Shown: piece after piece, positions 26,184 through 40,982 of the stretch | Layout: each line of letters opens with the position of its first letter | How positions within the stretch are numbered: the first letter of the stretch is position 1 | Origin: Callorhinchus milii | Taxonomy: Eukaryota | Direction of reading: 5' to 3' | Assembly (NCBI RefSeq): GCF_018977255.1 | Contig: NW_024704743.1 | Span: 39,930,001-39,994,000 of the forward strand | Length of the DNA stretch: 64,000 nucleotides | Translations under genes and position numbers: made by a program | The notes under the pieces: model-generated | Databases searched by the model: none | The model's input: only the letters and a program-made list of their open reading frames with translations | Told to the model about the DNA's origin: nothing

Positions 26184-28536
26184 CTGTGAGGCAGACAAGC
26201 AGATATAGCAATGACTTTTCTAAGAAAACTGAAGTAAAATGCATCAATAGTAACACAAGGACAAAATAACACTAAGCAGGAAACTATGTTGAGGATAAAT
26301 TCCAAGGCTTTCTAAATATGTTTCAGCTCTTGAGTAGCATGGATGTTTGAGATGGGAGGTGAAGTCATTTTGTCTTTTCTCCAAACTGCGTTGAAACAGA
26401 CTGGTGTACTTTTTATTCAGTAACACCACAAGGATAAGGATATCGGTAGATTTATTGTTTGAGCTTCATTCAACTATTTAAGAGCTCTGAGATGTCCTTC
26501 CGACTTGAAATGAGCTATATAAAGGTAAATTTTATTGTGTATTATAATATACAATAATTAACATTCAAGGCTGAATTAGTGAAGACCAGATTGATGTTTT
26601 AAATACAATGTATGAATAAATAGTTATGTTTAATATATTCTCAAAGTTGCCCTCCTAATTTTCTATGCTCTGCATTCATACCATGTAATTTCATAGTTGA
26701 AACACGGTTGCTCAGTTAATGCTGTGATAATTTGGCAGTGAAAAAAAATCAATGTGGCCAAACAGAATCAATGTGATATTGAATCTGCTGAAAAAAAAAT
26801 GTTTTCAACCCAATGTCTTTTCAAAGCAGGAAGATATTGAAACAGGCATTCTTGGCCCATTGCGTCTATGCCACTGCTTCCTCTGTTCTTCTTATTCCCC
26901 CTTTTTATATTTAAACAAAAATGGTATAACGAAGAGGAAGACTATTCAGGAAATGACATTTACTCTAGGAAAACATTTGTAAAGAAACGGGTTTGTATGA
27001 ACGTGTTTGTGTGAAGTTGTGAAGATGGAAAGTTTTCATCACAGATTGTAACCTTCAAGATCTATCAAAATTGAAGGGAAAGAATTGAAGTCCAAAACCA
27101 TTGATTTAGAATATCAGACAGAATGGATATAACCTCAGGTCTGAATGACTAATGAGTTGATCTGCCTTTCACATCAAAGATCTTTTGAGTATAAAATTAC
27201 AAAGAATTTAAACGCATTGAAACAAACCATTTGACACAACTAGTTTATGCCAGTATTTATACAACAATATAATCTCCAACCATTCTAATTCTTTCTCCCT
27301 AAACTCCCCTCACCTCCCTCCATAGACCTCTATTCCCTTATCTCTTGTAATATTGAATAATCTGGATTTTATGGATGGTAGTGGAGGGGAGACCAGCGAG
27401 GAGGGCATTTTAATAATCCAGGCGAGAGGTGACAACGGCATGGACCAGGGTTTCAGCAGTTTTTGGAATGAGGCATTAGCGGAGTTGGATGAGTAATTGC
27501 TTTTGTTTGCATAGAACATAGAATCATAGAAACAGGAGTAGGTCATTCAGCCCCTCGAGCCTGTTTGCCAATCTATAAGATTATAACTGTTTGAAAATTA
27601 AATGGCCAAGTTATTTCCCAAGAGTCAAATGTGCATTATTCTGCATCAAAGATGCCCAGTTTGTATTACAACTGTTAATAAAACAAATATAATTGGTAAT
27701 TTGTCTCATGGCTATTTGCGGGCCTTCAAATATACATTCACTCCATTTCACAATAAAGCCTGTGAAGCACTTTGAGACGACCTCCTGATGTGAAGTGCGC
27801 TATATCAAGTGCAAGGATTATACTTTAATAAGAACGCTGTCAAACATCAAGTGCATTGTTTTGAGTATTCCCTCTGAGAAATGCTATTAGCACAAAATAA
27901 ACCCACCCCACAAGTTTGCTCTCATTGTATAGAATTCAGATGTTCTAAAATCACTTCAAGGCTTCAGTAAAATAACTGGTTCAAATTATTACTCGGTGAT
28001 CATGTTCATAGTTCAAAAGTACTCATTCTATTAAGTGTTCAAGATAACTGTCTTAAAATTTAATGTTGCACAGATTTAGGAACGTTGTAAAATTCAGTTT
28101 TAATTTTTTAAGCAGTTTCTCTTTTTACATGGAGGAAATGTAAAACTATGTAAAACTTTCTTCCAAATTCTGACTGAATTTAAGAATTTTCGAAACTCTG
28201 CATGAACTTAAATTTTCAGATTATAATCTTAAAGTTAAAATGGTTATATATTTCAACAACTTGCATTGATATAGTGCCATTCAGGCAAGGTGGGGTCTCA
28301 AGAGCGCTGTCCTAATACTAAACAGGTGCCTGCAATGATTGGAAACTTTCAGTGGATAATCCTTGCATTTGATATAGGCCTTATCATGTCATTGAGACTT
28401 CTCAAAGTGTAAGTAATCCCAGAATTCTGAGTTGTCTCATGGATTAGCTTACTTTGTAAAAGCTGACGATATACATAAATGCATGAAGGCCAAGGACTAT
28501 GAAAGGAATTTTACGGAACAAAGTTTTCTTCGATAA

Positions 28537-28710
28537 CAATCCTTGCATTTGACATAGTGCCTTATCACATCTTCAAGACGTCTCAAAGTGTTTCACAGAA
28601 TATACTGTAAAGTGAATTGACTGTATATTTTGTGGGAGAAATGCGGCAGCCAATTGTGCACAGCAGTGTCCCATAAACAGTGGTGGATTGAGTGACCAAA
28701 TAATTTTTTT
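28537..28710 (-). mobile_element. SINE 3' half (Deu core plus L2-like tail)
   Basis: aatccttgcatttga...gcggcagccaattgtgcacagcagtgtcccata. Confidence 0.85.
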
Positions 28711-31700
28711 TTGAAAGAATTATCAACATCATCGTGGGCAGACAAAGACTTGTTTGAAACAAGCTGTTGGAATTTTGATAAGACGTTATGTCCTTTCAGA
28801 AGAGGGTTGTGTTTGGATTCCATTGAATTTAATACTAACAACTTGAAATGTAATTAGCAGCTTCTTTGCTTGTTGCAGGTATGTGATTTTACTTAAGCCA
28901 ATCTACTGGGAACTCCTCTCTCCACTGCCCTCTACCAAAAGCTTAAAGGGAAGAGCTAAGTTTTGGGAATGGAATAGCTAACCACAGTCAATCCCAAGGA
29001 ATGAGGGATATACTACAATCAACATGGATTGACCCACGTTAACAAGTCGATTCCTATATCAAGGCCGTTAGATTGATCCGATCAACCTATTGCAGTAAAC
29101 TTTACTAACTCGTTTTAAGCATTAATTTGATTTGATGAAACGTGTAACTATGATATGCATTTTTATTGTTTTATCATATTTTATACTTAAAAAGGAAGTT
29201 TGTGTTAGTTCATTCTTCAATTTAGGGTCACAAATTTATTCGAACCTTACAAAAGTGCTTCACAGAATATATTGTAAAGTGGATTGACTGTGAATTTTTG
29301 TGGGCGAATGTTACCTATAGATTGCTTACACTCTGAGATATAATTCTACATGGAGTGCTATATAAATGAAAGTTTTTGTTGCTTTCTAAACATTGAGCTG
29401 AACATTTTTGTCAGAATCAACAATTTCAATTGAAATCGATTATTTAATATTTTCGTGTTTGTTCATACTTGGAAAGAGAGAAGACTTTTTCAAATGTTGT
29501 AAATCCCTTGGCTAAAGCCATAAAGAAGATGGGAGAATATTCCTGAATTATTAATGTGTCTGCTTATGTAGACAGCCGAGGAGCCTGCATCCTGAGATCT
29601 TTACCTTATAGAACAAGCTGAGAGATTTATTGGTCTTTCTCTCAGTTCTTGTATCTAACATCATTGTAAATTCTTGTATACTGCTCTGCTGTTTCAAAAT
29701 ATAATTTTCTAGCAGGAATCAGGCCATTGATCATAAGCAGTCACTGCACTTATCTTGTATCATTGGGCTATTGGAGCCTGATAACCATTTACTATTAATT
29801 TAATCAGGAGCTTGGTGAATTCCCTCTGAAGAGAGAATTTTTGCCTTGAGAGGAAATTCAGAAATACAACTGATAAGATAAGCCACTGTAAGACTGCTTA
29901 ATGTTAATTTAAAAGCAGTCAAGCAGTTAGCATGTCACTAAGTATTAGAAACAGCTTCACAGGTTCTATTGTGTTACGAGAATGAAGGAAAGAAAACATA
30001 TTCCTTTTTGTCAATATGCATGCATGTTACTGTGCCATCTTCCTTGATCAAAACACTGAAGTCGAAAATGCAATATTTGCAAGCAGATCTGCAGGCAGCA
30101 ATTCTGAGTAGCAAATAGTCACTCCTGGCAGTAACTGGAAGTGAGTCAGACTGCCCATAAGAAGCCCACTAAAGAGCATTATATTAAAATGGAGTTCCCA
30201 CGGGTCAGTGAGATGCCACTTCAGAAAATAAGCTTGTTTTGAATAGAAAAGCCACAATTTCTGCTGCAGAATTTGTTGCAGATTGACTGATAAACCAAAA
30301 AAAAGAATGGAGCAGAAAGGTTATAAAGGCACGATTGTCAATAATGGGGCCACCAGAGGCAGGTCAACACAACAGAAATTAGAGGCATAGGTGATAAAAT
30401 AGTAAGAGAAAAGATTGAGGCCTCTAATTTTAAAGAAAGGCAGGAATCACTTTATGCAAATCTGTTTGTGAATATCAGCCCCAAATTTTCACTTAGTCTT
30501 TGCCTGGAAGACTATTTGTCTTTAAAGTTTAGGATAACACAGAATTGTGGAAAACTCCTAAATTCAAACGTAATATGGAAGCTCACTTCTTTTTAAGAAT
30601 TGAAGAAAAACTTCCAAATTAAGGCTGAATTGAAGAATTTTCCAAAACCTGCAGAATTTAAAATGTTAAGACTACTGTAATTGGTTTTACAGAATAATCC
30701 AAGATGGGATTTCAGGCCTATCAAGAGCAACAACTTGCATTTGTATAGTGTCCTTCATGCTGAATAGCATCTGGGAGAGCTATCACATTTTAGACCCTTC
30801 TTTAAAAACATTTTTTGGGGTTATTAAGCCCTGATAGAGTCCTAACCAATAAACTTGTCTGGATCACTCCTGAGTTTAAGGCACAAGAGATATAAGGTCT
30901 TAGTAACATTGCCACAGCTAGTTGTTTTCCCTGCTAAAACATGGCTCACGTGTTGGTTTATTCCACAAAACTAAACATATAATGCTAAATTATACTTGTA
31001 TTAAAAGTGCAATTCAATGTTACCTATTCCTTTAAAAAGTTTTTTGCGGTTATTAAGCCCTGATAGAGCCAACCAGCTTCAACTGAAGAGGTTATCCTTC
31101 TTAGTGGTAAATTTACCATCCTTGGTGCTGTGAGCTTCCAGTGTGATTTTACAGCAAATTTCAAGTGTCAAGTCAGCCAACAAATCCAAACATATAGTCA
31201 CATGTATTTTTCAACTGTAAGCTAACACAGGCTTCAAAATGAGCAATTATTACATTGCAAAGCGGAATGCTTTGCCTCCAGTTTAACAGAAGACCAATAT
31301 GAAAAATGATATTTGGTCTCATTGACACTCATACAGACCAACGAAGAACAGAAAGTCACCTCTACAAGCCCGCAGGATATCATTTCTGTCTTATGCATTA
31401 TGAAGGACGCTGGCTACTCCATCGCTAAGCAAATATAATTGAAATAAATCACTGGTTTTATTAGTCTCATTTTTCTTTGTTATTGGTTGACTGGGAAACG
31501 AAAAGTACAGCAAGTGCATGTATTTTCAAAATTACACTAGCTTTCTTAAGGAATACAGTGTTTCAAAATAGCAGAAAAGACTTGGGAGTCTCTTTGGCAG
31601 AAACTGAACGAGCGAGAGCTGAAGCTGGTTGGCTGTGAGGGTGCCTGGAGATCCAGACCATCTAGCAAGTGAACTCTGCCATAGTTATTTTATGGGGAGG

Positions 31701-31774
31701 TGGTAATTTGAGATAAAGCAATATTTGGGCTGAAACGATGCGTTAGTAAATGTTCTTTTAGCCCAAACATATTT

Positions 31775-32160
31775 GAATGTCATCTTCAAAACCCTCCACT
31801 TCTTGCTCCTTCCTACCTTTCTGTGACCTGCTAACACCATATCAACCTGTTCACTCCCTCTGCTCAGCAGATTCCGGCCTGTTTCACCTCACCCACTTTC
31901 GGGCCTTCAGTCTCTCTGCCCCCACCCTTTGGAACTCCATCCCACAGTCCCTTCGGCTTGCTCCCTCCCTGCCTCCTTCAAGACGCATCTCAAGACCCTC
32001 CTCTTCGTCTGTTCCTTCGGTCACCTACCTACCCCGACCCTCCCTGGCCTCCACCCCTCCTGATCCCGATCCCCTGCTCGGCTCCAAATCCCTGACTGTC
32101 CAGCACATTGGGATGTCCTCCCGGCATGAAAGGCGCTATACACATGTAATTTGTTTTTGT
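31775..32160 (+). mobile_element. L2 LINE 3' end
   Basis: RAFSLSAPTLWNSIPQSLR motif; tail gggatgtcctcccggcatgaaaggcgctatacacatgtaatttgt. Confidence 0.85.
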
Positions 32161-35100
32161 TGTGAAGCTAAGCGCTGATTGCAAACATCACCAGCTCATG
32201 TTTTTGAAAACTTCCTTTATGTCAATTTCATTGAAAAGTGTAAGGGGAGAGTATTTTCAAAGTACTACCATGGGATTTTTAAAGTATACATGATCTACGA
32301 GAACAGATTGACTTGACCTTGATTTGACATCTCATCCAAAAATAGGAAACACAATACCCCCCAGTATTTTACTGGAGTCCAAGATAGATTGTGAGCCCAA
32401 ATCTGGGATGTGAGGCTTAAAAACATACATTACGTTCATTAATGCATGGCACGAAAACAGGAGTAAAATTTTGAAGGATTGCTCGATGTTTGAATAATTT
32501 ATTTTCCACTGATCTCCTTCCCGCTTAACAACTGCCATAAAAATCTCAACAGCTTTATATTTTTGTGTTTTGTAGGTGAAAGCAGCTGCCAATTTGCACA
32601 TATAGCAGTCCCACAAGCAGCCACAATGATCAATTTTATTTGTCGTTCCTCGGTTTAACATCTCATCCAAAGAACGGTCTTCTCATCCGAAGGATGCAAC
32701 CAAATATAAACAAACCTGTTAAATAAGACGAGCTAATGGATCAGATTGTGTCTTTAGAGTGTCTACATGCTGAACAGCAGGGCCAAATTAGACATTAAAC
32801 ACCACTGAAGTCACCATTTGCGGTGAACTTCACCCACAAAATATACAGCCAGTTCACTTGATGTATATTCTGTGAAGTGCTTTGAGACATCTCGAAAATG
32901 TGATAAGGCACTATATCTAATACTATAATATTATTATTATATCAAATGCAAGTATTATTATTATTGTTATTATTATTAACTTAATATTTTGTTACTTGAC
33001 AAGCTGGAAGGTTTTATGGAATTCTCCAACCATATTGTTAGTAACACAGTAACAACCAGACTGGCTCTGTGAGGTAAGTTGTATCAATTAGCTACACAGG
33101 TTGGGGAAACTCTAGAAGACACAAGCTCATTCATACTCTCTAATTAAACTGCATGTCTGGGGGTGGATGGGAAACAATTCTGTTATTTACTACTTGCATA
33201 AAACATTCAAACACATCTGTGGAAACAGTTAAGGACTAGAAACAGAGGGGTGAGAATTCCAAACTGGGATATGTTATTTAACATTGGTGATAATTCACGT
33301 TAATGATAATTAGTTGAGAAATGCAGCCAATGCAGTCAGTTGCAAACTAAAAACTCCAATTGGTCTGCAGGCTGCATCCCCTCTCCCTGACTCTGTCATA
33401 AAGCTTGGACCCAGTTAGTGGGCAGTTAACTCAACAATAAAAAGTAAACCTGGTCTCAGCTAACCAGCAGTTCAATGTCTGAACCCACAGATCAGTTGTG
33501 TGCTCATTGTGTCAGAGTTGGGAGAGGGAAAATACACACAGATTAATCAAGGTCTTTAGTTATTTATTAATTGTGTTCATCACATTGTTCAGTGATGTGA
33601 TAATTACAATAACTATTTAATACCAAGATTAATTAACATACCACAGTTTTTACCTGATAAATATGGGAGTCTTTACTTGCAATTATTTAACTTTTGAATG
33701 GATATTGATGATAAAACTTGCTATATGATGACAAGTGGACACTTGGGCCTTTTAGCGTCTGAACATGTTATCACTATTTAGTACCTCAAGTCAGTCATAT
33801 TTTTACACAAAAGGCTTCCTTGCTATGTTTGTGGTATGCTTTGGGGCCTAATGTACTGAATATTTATTCATTAATGTATTGTAAAGGATTCATGTTTGTC
33901 TCAGAATTCATGTGTGCCATGGCTACAATCAATCAAGGATATTACCATTACATTCCCCTAACTCACAGAGCACTGCTGACAAACCACTCATTTAGTAGTG
34001 GTCTGTTGCTGAGAGCAGCATCTCATTTAGAGTTCTAAAATATCAGTCTGGTTATTGAAGGGTTTATCCTATTCATGTCAATGTTGCAATCAGGTTAAAA
34101 CATATATTCAAGACACAGATTTTGAAGCCAAATTGTTAGTCAGTTGGACACTGTTTGAACCCTATAATGCAGAGGTGAATATAAAACAGTAGAATGCAGA
34201 TGCTCACGCATTAATTTCATCTACAAATACATACTCAAAACATTTCACAGTAAAATTACGTGAAGTGCTTGGACTCATCTTGATGATGTGATAAAGTTCT
34301 GTATCAAATTCAAAGATTATTATTATATGGAATTGAGCAGTAAAATTAAAGTTAAGATACAAATGTAAAAGAAAACAAGTAAACAGGAAAGAAAAGTGAA
34401 GATCATACAAAGAAAATGTTGTTCTGCAGCATAACATTTTCTTTTCTTTAATAGCCCACAAAATATAGTCACTCCACTTTACAGTACATCCTGTGAAGTA
34501 CTTTGAGACATCTCAACGACATGATAAGGCACCATATCAAATACAAGGATTACTGTTATTATTACTGTTCAAAGTAATTTTAGCTGTTTGAAGGCAATAT
34601 AGCATGTAATGATACCTGAGCATCTTTAGAACTGAAATTCCATGACTTGCCTGATTGTCAGCAGAAATCTTAAAAATAACTAGCCCCTAGGACATGGAAT
34701 CTACTTGGAGCTGCCAGCAGTTTATGAGATAAGATTATACTGCTAGAAGCAAAGCAATATCACTTGTCCCAGTATAGGCTGATTTGTACTTCCCCCTCCA
34801 CCATCAAAGTGCCTCGGAACTGAGACAAGGTCAGTTCATATGCAATGAACCACAAGTTCCAAAAACACAAACATTTTAACTTGTACCATTGAGTTTTGAT
34901 GTTACAAAGAAATTATTTTCATTGTTTGCCTTTTTGTCAAATTGTGTACAAAGTGTGTAATATGCTATTTCCTTGTTCATTATCCACTGTAGCCCTTAGC
35001 CCACAAATATACAGTCAATTCACTTTACAGTATATTCTGTGAAGCACTTTGAGATGTCTAGAAGATGTGAAAAGCGCTATATCAAATGCAAGGATTATTA

Positions 35101-36637
35101 TTATTATTATTATTATTACTGTGTTTGTGGTATCCTTTCAATTCATGGTGGGAGTGGAATGTCTGATGTAGTTTAAATTTAGAAAATGTAATTTATTGTG
35201 GAGATGATGAATTACCCAAAGGTAGAAAGGCAATCAATTCCCTCGACACCACTCTCAATTCGGTGCAGTTGTGTTGTGCATTTGACTCGCATTTCACAGC
35301 TGCTGGTTAGTGAAATTAGGATTTTTATTACATAAACACTCACAGTCAGCCACTATCCCACTAATGATTCATTAATTTCAAGGTCCGCACTCTCACCTAC
35401 AAATCCATCCACTCCTTGGCACGCACTTATCTCTCCAATCTATTCCTACCCTATTCCTCGCACCCATTCTGCTCAGACAATTTTAATTTGGGCTCGCTAA
35501 GTGCCCTTATCATCCCATTGGTAGCCAAACCTTAACTTTGGAACTTTCTCCCTCTACCACCCTGTCTCCCGCCTCTCTGTCTGGTCTTTAAGACCAGCCT
35601 CAAATTCTACCTCTTTAAGCATGGCTATGCCCACCTCCCCCTCCTCCTTCCTCCCCCATATTTGGTATTCAAACTCAACCTTGGAAAACGCTAGAGCTGG
35701 CGTACATCGACGGCACTGTAATGAATTATAATTGTTGTTGTAGCTCGAAGTCGGATGTACAACTCGAATCGATAGATTGTGAATATCTAAATTTAATCTG
35801 TGTATTAGATCTCACTATACAGCACATTTCGTTTGCTTGAAGTGAATAAACGGGCTGTGGGCAGGCCATCTGCATGATGAGAACTGCTATGTGAGCGTTG
35901 ATGCATTTCTTTATCGCTACGTGCAAGAAATATCTGTTACAGATCATTAATTGTGTTGGTGTCACCTGTATCTAATATCTTTTTCTTTCAACTGGGGTTA
36001 ATTAGCATTTAGCACCTAATTTTCTAAAACGGCCAAAAATCTGTGAGAAAAAAATACGTGTGGGATAATGTGATTAGATTAATTGGCTTAAAAATGATGA
36101 GGTTTGAGCCTCTCTCTAACAAAGTGTAATTTTCACTTTATTTTCTTACATGTATTAAATGCTAATTGGCTTTCAGGATATAAAAAGGAAATCTCAGTGT
36201 ATTTTTTTAATCTTTAATCGAAAGCGATTAGTGAAACGTTGTGCTTATAAATGTGCAATGTCCAAACAAGAATAACAACTTGCACTTATGTAGTGCCCTT
36301 CACACAGGATAAGGTCTCGGAGAGCTGCATAGTGGTGGGGTTCAGACAACATGCAAGGGAGATGGGAGAAAGGGAGGTGACCATAGGCGTAGTCGAAGAA
36401 GTTTTAAAGACAGATGGTGGAGGAGGAGGGATTGAGTCAGGAATTTCCAGAGGTTAGGGGAGTTGTTGTTGAAGGCACTATAAACTGAGAGATGGATCTT
36501 TTTCCCACTTCACCTCCCCCAGGATAAGTATAAGTAAGGCACAACCTCTCCCCACCACCCATTAACAACCCCAACAGCCCAGATGTGACATTTTCTATTT
36601 GTTCCTAAAGCCTGTCTGAGAGAGAGAGAGATTAAAA

Positions 36638-37987
36638 TAACATAACATGTAGGAGCAGGAGTAGGCCATTCGGCCCTTCGAGCCTGCCCCGCCATTCAAT
36701 CATGGCTGATCTTCTAATCTAACTTCAGCTAATACCATAACCCTGCCTTATTCCCATATCCCTTAATCCTTTTTGCAATAAGAAACATATCTATCTCAGT
36801 CTTGAGTATGTTCAAGGATTGAGCGTCAACAGCCCTTTCGTGTAGTGAGTTCCATACATTCACCACCCTTTGAGTGAAGAGGTTCTTCCTCAACTCAGTG
36901 AGAAAGGGTTGGCCTCTAATTTTAAGGTTGTGACCCCTGGTTTTAGTTTCTCCAACCAGGGGAAACAATCTCCCACTATCTACTCTATCATGCCCTTTGA
37001 TGATCTTATAGGTTTCTATAAGATCCCCTCTAATTCTTCTATATTCTAGAGAATATAAGCCCAAATTGGTCAGCCTATCCTCGTAACTCATCCCCTTCAT
37101 CCTGGGTACTAACCTAGTAAATCTACGCTGCACCCCCTCCAAGGCAAGTACATCCTTCCTTAAACAAGGAGACGAAAACTGCACACAGTATTCCAGGTGT
37201 GGTCTCACCAGGGCCCTATACAGTTGCAGCAAGACTTCCCTCCTCTTTTACTCTAATCCTTTCAAAATGAATGCTAACATACCGTTCGCTTTCCTAATTG
37301 CTGCTGCACCTGCAGACTAACTTTCTGTGATTGATGTACAACGACACCCAAGTCCCTCTGGACGCTAACGCATTCCAACCTCTCCCCTTCTAAAAAATAA
37401 CCCGCTCTACTGTTTTTGCTACCTAGGTGGATGACTTTGCACTTCCCTACCTTATACTTCATCTGCCACCTACCTGCCCAATCACCTAACCTATCTATGC
37501 CACGCTGCATTTTTTTAATGTCATCCTCTGTGTTGACACTTCCTCCTAGTTTTGTGTCATCCGCCAATTTAGATATATTAACTTCGATGTCCTCATCTAG
37601 ATCATTAATGTAGATATGAAATAGCTGAGGCCCAAGCACTGATCCTTGTAGCACTTCACTAGTCACATCCCGCCAATCTGAAAAGGACCCGTTTATCCCT
37701 ACTCTTTGTTTCCTAGCTGTTAACCATTCCCCAATCCACATTAATATGCTCCCCCCAATTCCATGGCCCCCTATCTTTTGAACTAACCTTTTATGCAGCA
37801 CCTTATCGAATGCCTTCTGGAAGTCCAAATAGACCACATCCACTGATTCACCTTTATCTTGTTTACTCGAAATATCCTCAAAAAATTCTACGAGATTTGT
37901 CAAACATGACTTCCCTTTTGTAAAGCCACGTTGACTTGGCCTAATTATATTGTGCTCCCCTAAATACCGCACTACCACATCCTTAAT
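36638..37987 (-). mobile_element. CR1 LINE, about 1.35-kb 3' fragment containing most of the RT
   Basis: ORFs 37274..37978 (GKSCLTNL, YLDFQKAFDKV, QGSVLGP, ADDTKL) and 36729..37232; aacat tail. Confidence 0.95.
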
Positions 37988-38835
37988 CAGATTGCCAATT
38001 TCATACCAATTTCAGGGCAGTGCTGAAGGTGGTCTGGACCCAAAGAAATCTGTGTTTCTGATCACAAAGAATGGATCGTCTATATTAACACTTTAACCCA
38101 AACAATATCCTGTGTTTCGATGCTGCCTCTGAGCTGATAAGAATGTTGTTTTCTGTCATTCCAAACAAACAAAAATGCCAGCCTAAACTGTTCAAAAGTT
38201 CATTGAGCTATTTGTTCAAGGGGGAAGGGGAAGAGTTCGGATGTATATCCCTGCAATAATCCCTACATTTTATATTTTACCTTATCAGGTCATCAAGACA
38301 TCTCAAGTGCTTCACAGAATATATTACAAAATGCAGTGACTGTGTGTATTTTGTGGATGATCACAGCAGACAATTTGCGAAAAGCAACTTCCCACATACA
38401 TCCCTGGAGTGATTCATCAATTTTACTTTGGGATATTGTTGGCCAGGACACTGGGAGAAACTTCCTTTCTTGAAATAATTCAAAAATCATTGAATGAATT
38501 GCCATCTTTTCATAACATTGAATGTGATCACTTTGGACCCACTATAAAATGTCATATATATTCCCTTAAAATCGTATTGCTCATTTTCAGTATGTGAATC
38601 AAAGCATTTGAGAAACATTATATTGAAGATTGCTGACCTTCTGAAGCCACATCAAGCATCTGCTGTAGGTTTATGCATAGGCAGAATCAAATGGAAAGAT
38701 AACAGTTTTATCAAAACTTTGTTTAAGTTTTAAATCAAGGAGAAGTATACCCACTTTTCAATTCCCGCAGTAATTCCCAAGCACTTTTCCGAACAGTTAG
38801 CTCCTTATTACGAATGGGTTTAAGGCGAGACTTAC

Positions 38836-39087
38836 CCAGTAGGATCAGGATGCAGAGTAATATGGCAATCAGTGCCCCAGTGCTCAAACCCGCTGCGGAG
38901 AGATAGGCTTCAGTGCTGCAAGTTCGGACTTTACCCTTAGTGTTACAAGCACACACCCGGATAGTGAGTGTACCAGTGCTGCTCAGCACGGGGATTCCAC
39001 TGTCAGAAATAACAATCGGTAGCTGATACACCTCCTGGAGATGCCGACTGAATTTTCTCCGCCGTGTCAGAACACTGGCTGTGCTAT
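38836..39087 (-). CDS. CDH18: Cadherin-18 coding exon (252 bp; end of EC5 and first part of the transmembrane helix, ...GLSTGALIAILLCILILL)
   Basis: ORF 38735..39145; acceptor tttaaag|AT, donor TGG|gtaagt; type II cadherin SSTGTLTIRVCAC and GLSTGALIAILLC motifs. Confidence 0.95.
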
Positions 39088-40394
39088 CTTTAAAAACAAA
39101 CATTTTAGAGTTTAGGGTTTTGCTCAAACATATAACCTGAAGCAAAATATAAAAAATTAGGTATTACAAGAGATAATGAGTTCCGATTGCTAAAAAAAAT
39201 CAAGACTTTTTAACGTGATTACCGGCTATAAAAATGTAACGGAAAAGATCATGATTTCTGTAGTGATCAGTATACTTTAGACTGCATTACATTTTCATTC
39301 TCTTTACCCGTGATATAAAGCGGTACCTGAAAGAGTAACTTTAAATGCTTGCTAGCTGGAACTTGGTAGAATTTTCTTGTGAGACGTAAACTAATGGAAG
39401 CAATGTACCACAACACAAATTCAGTGTGTGCCATTTTATATGATTCTCCGTATTCACTGAATTATGATTTTGTTGATTTGAGCGCTGGTTGCCACAACAC
39501 AGACATTGGAGGCAGTGCAGATTAGAGCAACAAGGATGATCCTCAGTTTAGAGGAATGAGCTATGAGCAATAATTAGATAAGTTTCGGCTCTTCAATCTG
39601 GAAAGGAGAGGGGGACCTTATAGAGGTATAGAAAAATGTAAATGCAAATCAGAAAGTAAATTTATAGTGATTCTTTTGATGTAATGAGAAGACGCAAGAA
39701 CTATTTATTTACCCTGCAGGCAATTAAAGACCAGAACAGGATTCCAGGATAATGGTTGAGGACGTGATTCTGAACGTATTTTTAAAAAAAAACAGCTTGA
39801 TGCTTAAATGGGGGGATAGTATCTTGAAGGATGAGATCTTCTGGACAAGATCCCTTGTGATCTTCAAAAACTGGTGTTTGAGTCACCAATTGGATTCGCT
39901 CAATTAATCAATTAATTAATAGGCATCAGAATGGAGGTTTTCATCTCATTAATTAGAGTCATATTCAAGGTCCAAAAAGGTTAAAAGATAGTGTTCTAAA
40001 CAACTGTTGGTTCGATTGAGACAGAAATATTTATTTTAAATTACTGAAACAGTTGGTTTAAAGTTTGTAGGGAATAAGAACTATTTGCATGGGTCAGGAT
40101 TATTGTAGGTAAAAATATTCTGCTGGAATATAATTGTTTGCAAATTAAGATGATGTACTTTTGTTTCTAAAAATTAAAATCTTTACTAACAGAAAGGATT
40201 TACTGAAATAAATGTACATTACATTGGGCTTACTCATGTTATATGCTGGATATATACATTTATATATCCTTGCCATAGCAATGCAGTTAGAGAGCATGGG
40301 ACCATTGAAGATTGCTCCCTCATCATCCATCAATTAGGGACGTGTATTTTACACAAAAAGGCATGTTGCATTATTTATCATAAAGAGATAAAAT

Positions 40395-40699
40395 ATAATA
40401 ATAATAATCCTTGCATTTGATATAGCGCTTTTCACGTCGGGAGGACGTCCCAAAGCGCTTCACAGAGTGAATTGACTGTATATTTGTGGGCGAACGCGGC
40501 AGCCAATTGCGCACAGCAATGTCCCACAAACAGTCGTAGATTGAAAATGACCAATTTATTATTGTTTTTGGTGTTGGAGGGATTATTATTAGGCGTGTGG
40601 AGTAAGGAAACTTGCCCAAGGTTTCGCCCTGCCTGGAATTGAACTCAGGTCACTCGCTTGCAAAGCGAGTGCTCTAACCACTGAGCTACAGGACTCCAC
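40395..40699 (-). mobile_element. Full-length tRNA-derived DeuSINE-type SINE (short subfamily)
   Basis: Head, Deu core and ATT tail. Confidence 0.92.
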
Positions 40700-40982
40700 A
40701 ATGTTATAATGTTATACAGCATCCAATACTCCCTCCTCTCTTAAAAAAACAGAAAGCAGATTAAAATAAAATATGTAAAATCCCATAGCTGGGTGACTGA
40801 GCAGCATGTTGGCAAACTGTTAAAGCACTACTGTTAAGTGATTGATCACTTCCCAACTACGTAGCTAGGTGGGATATTTTGTATCACTAGAGCATCTCTC
40901 TGTAGTGACAGAGAAAGAAAAAGTGTCAATGCTTTTCCTTGCTCAACAAGCCTGCTTTCTGTTTGTTGAACTTGGCCATTGG

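Noticed and set aside
25931..26269. Plus-strand ORFs overlapping cadherin exons (also 55025..55378)
   Set aside because: Antisense shadows of coding exons
38735..38835. ORF read-through past the TM-exon donor (GKSRLKPIRNK...), suggesting an isoform without the cytoplasmic tail
   Set aside because: A strong gtaagt donor is present and a 33-codon run-on is expected by chance; there is no transcript evidence
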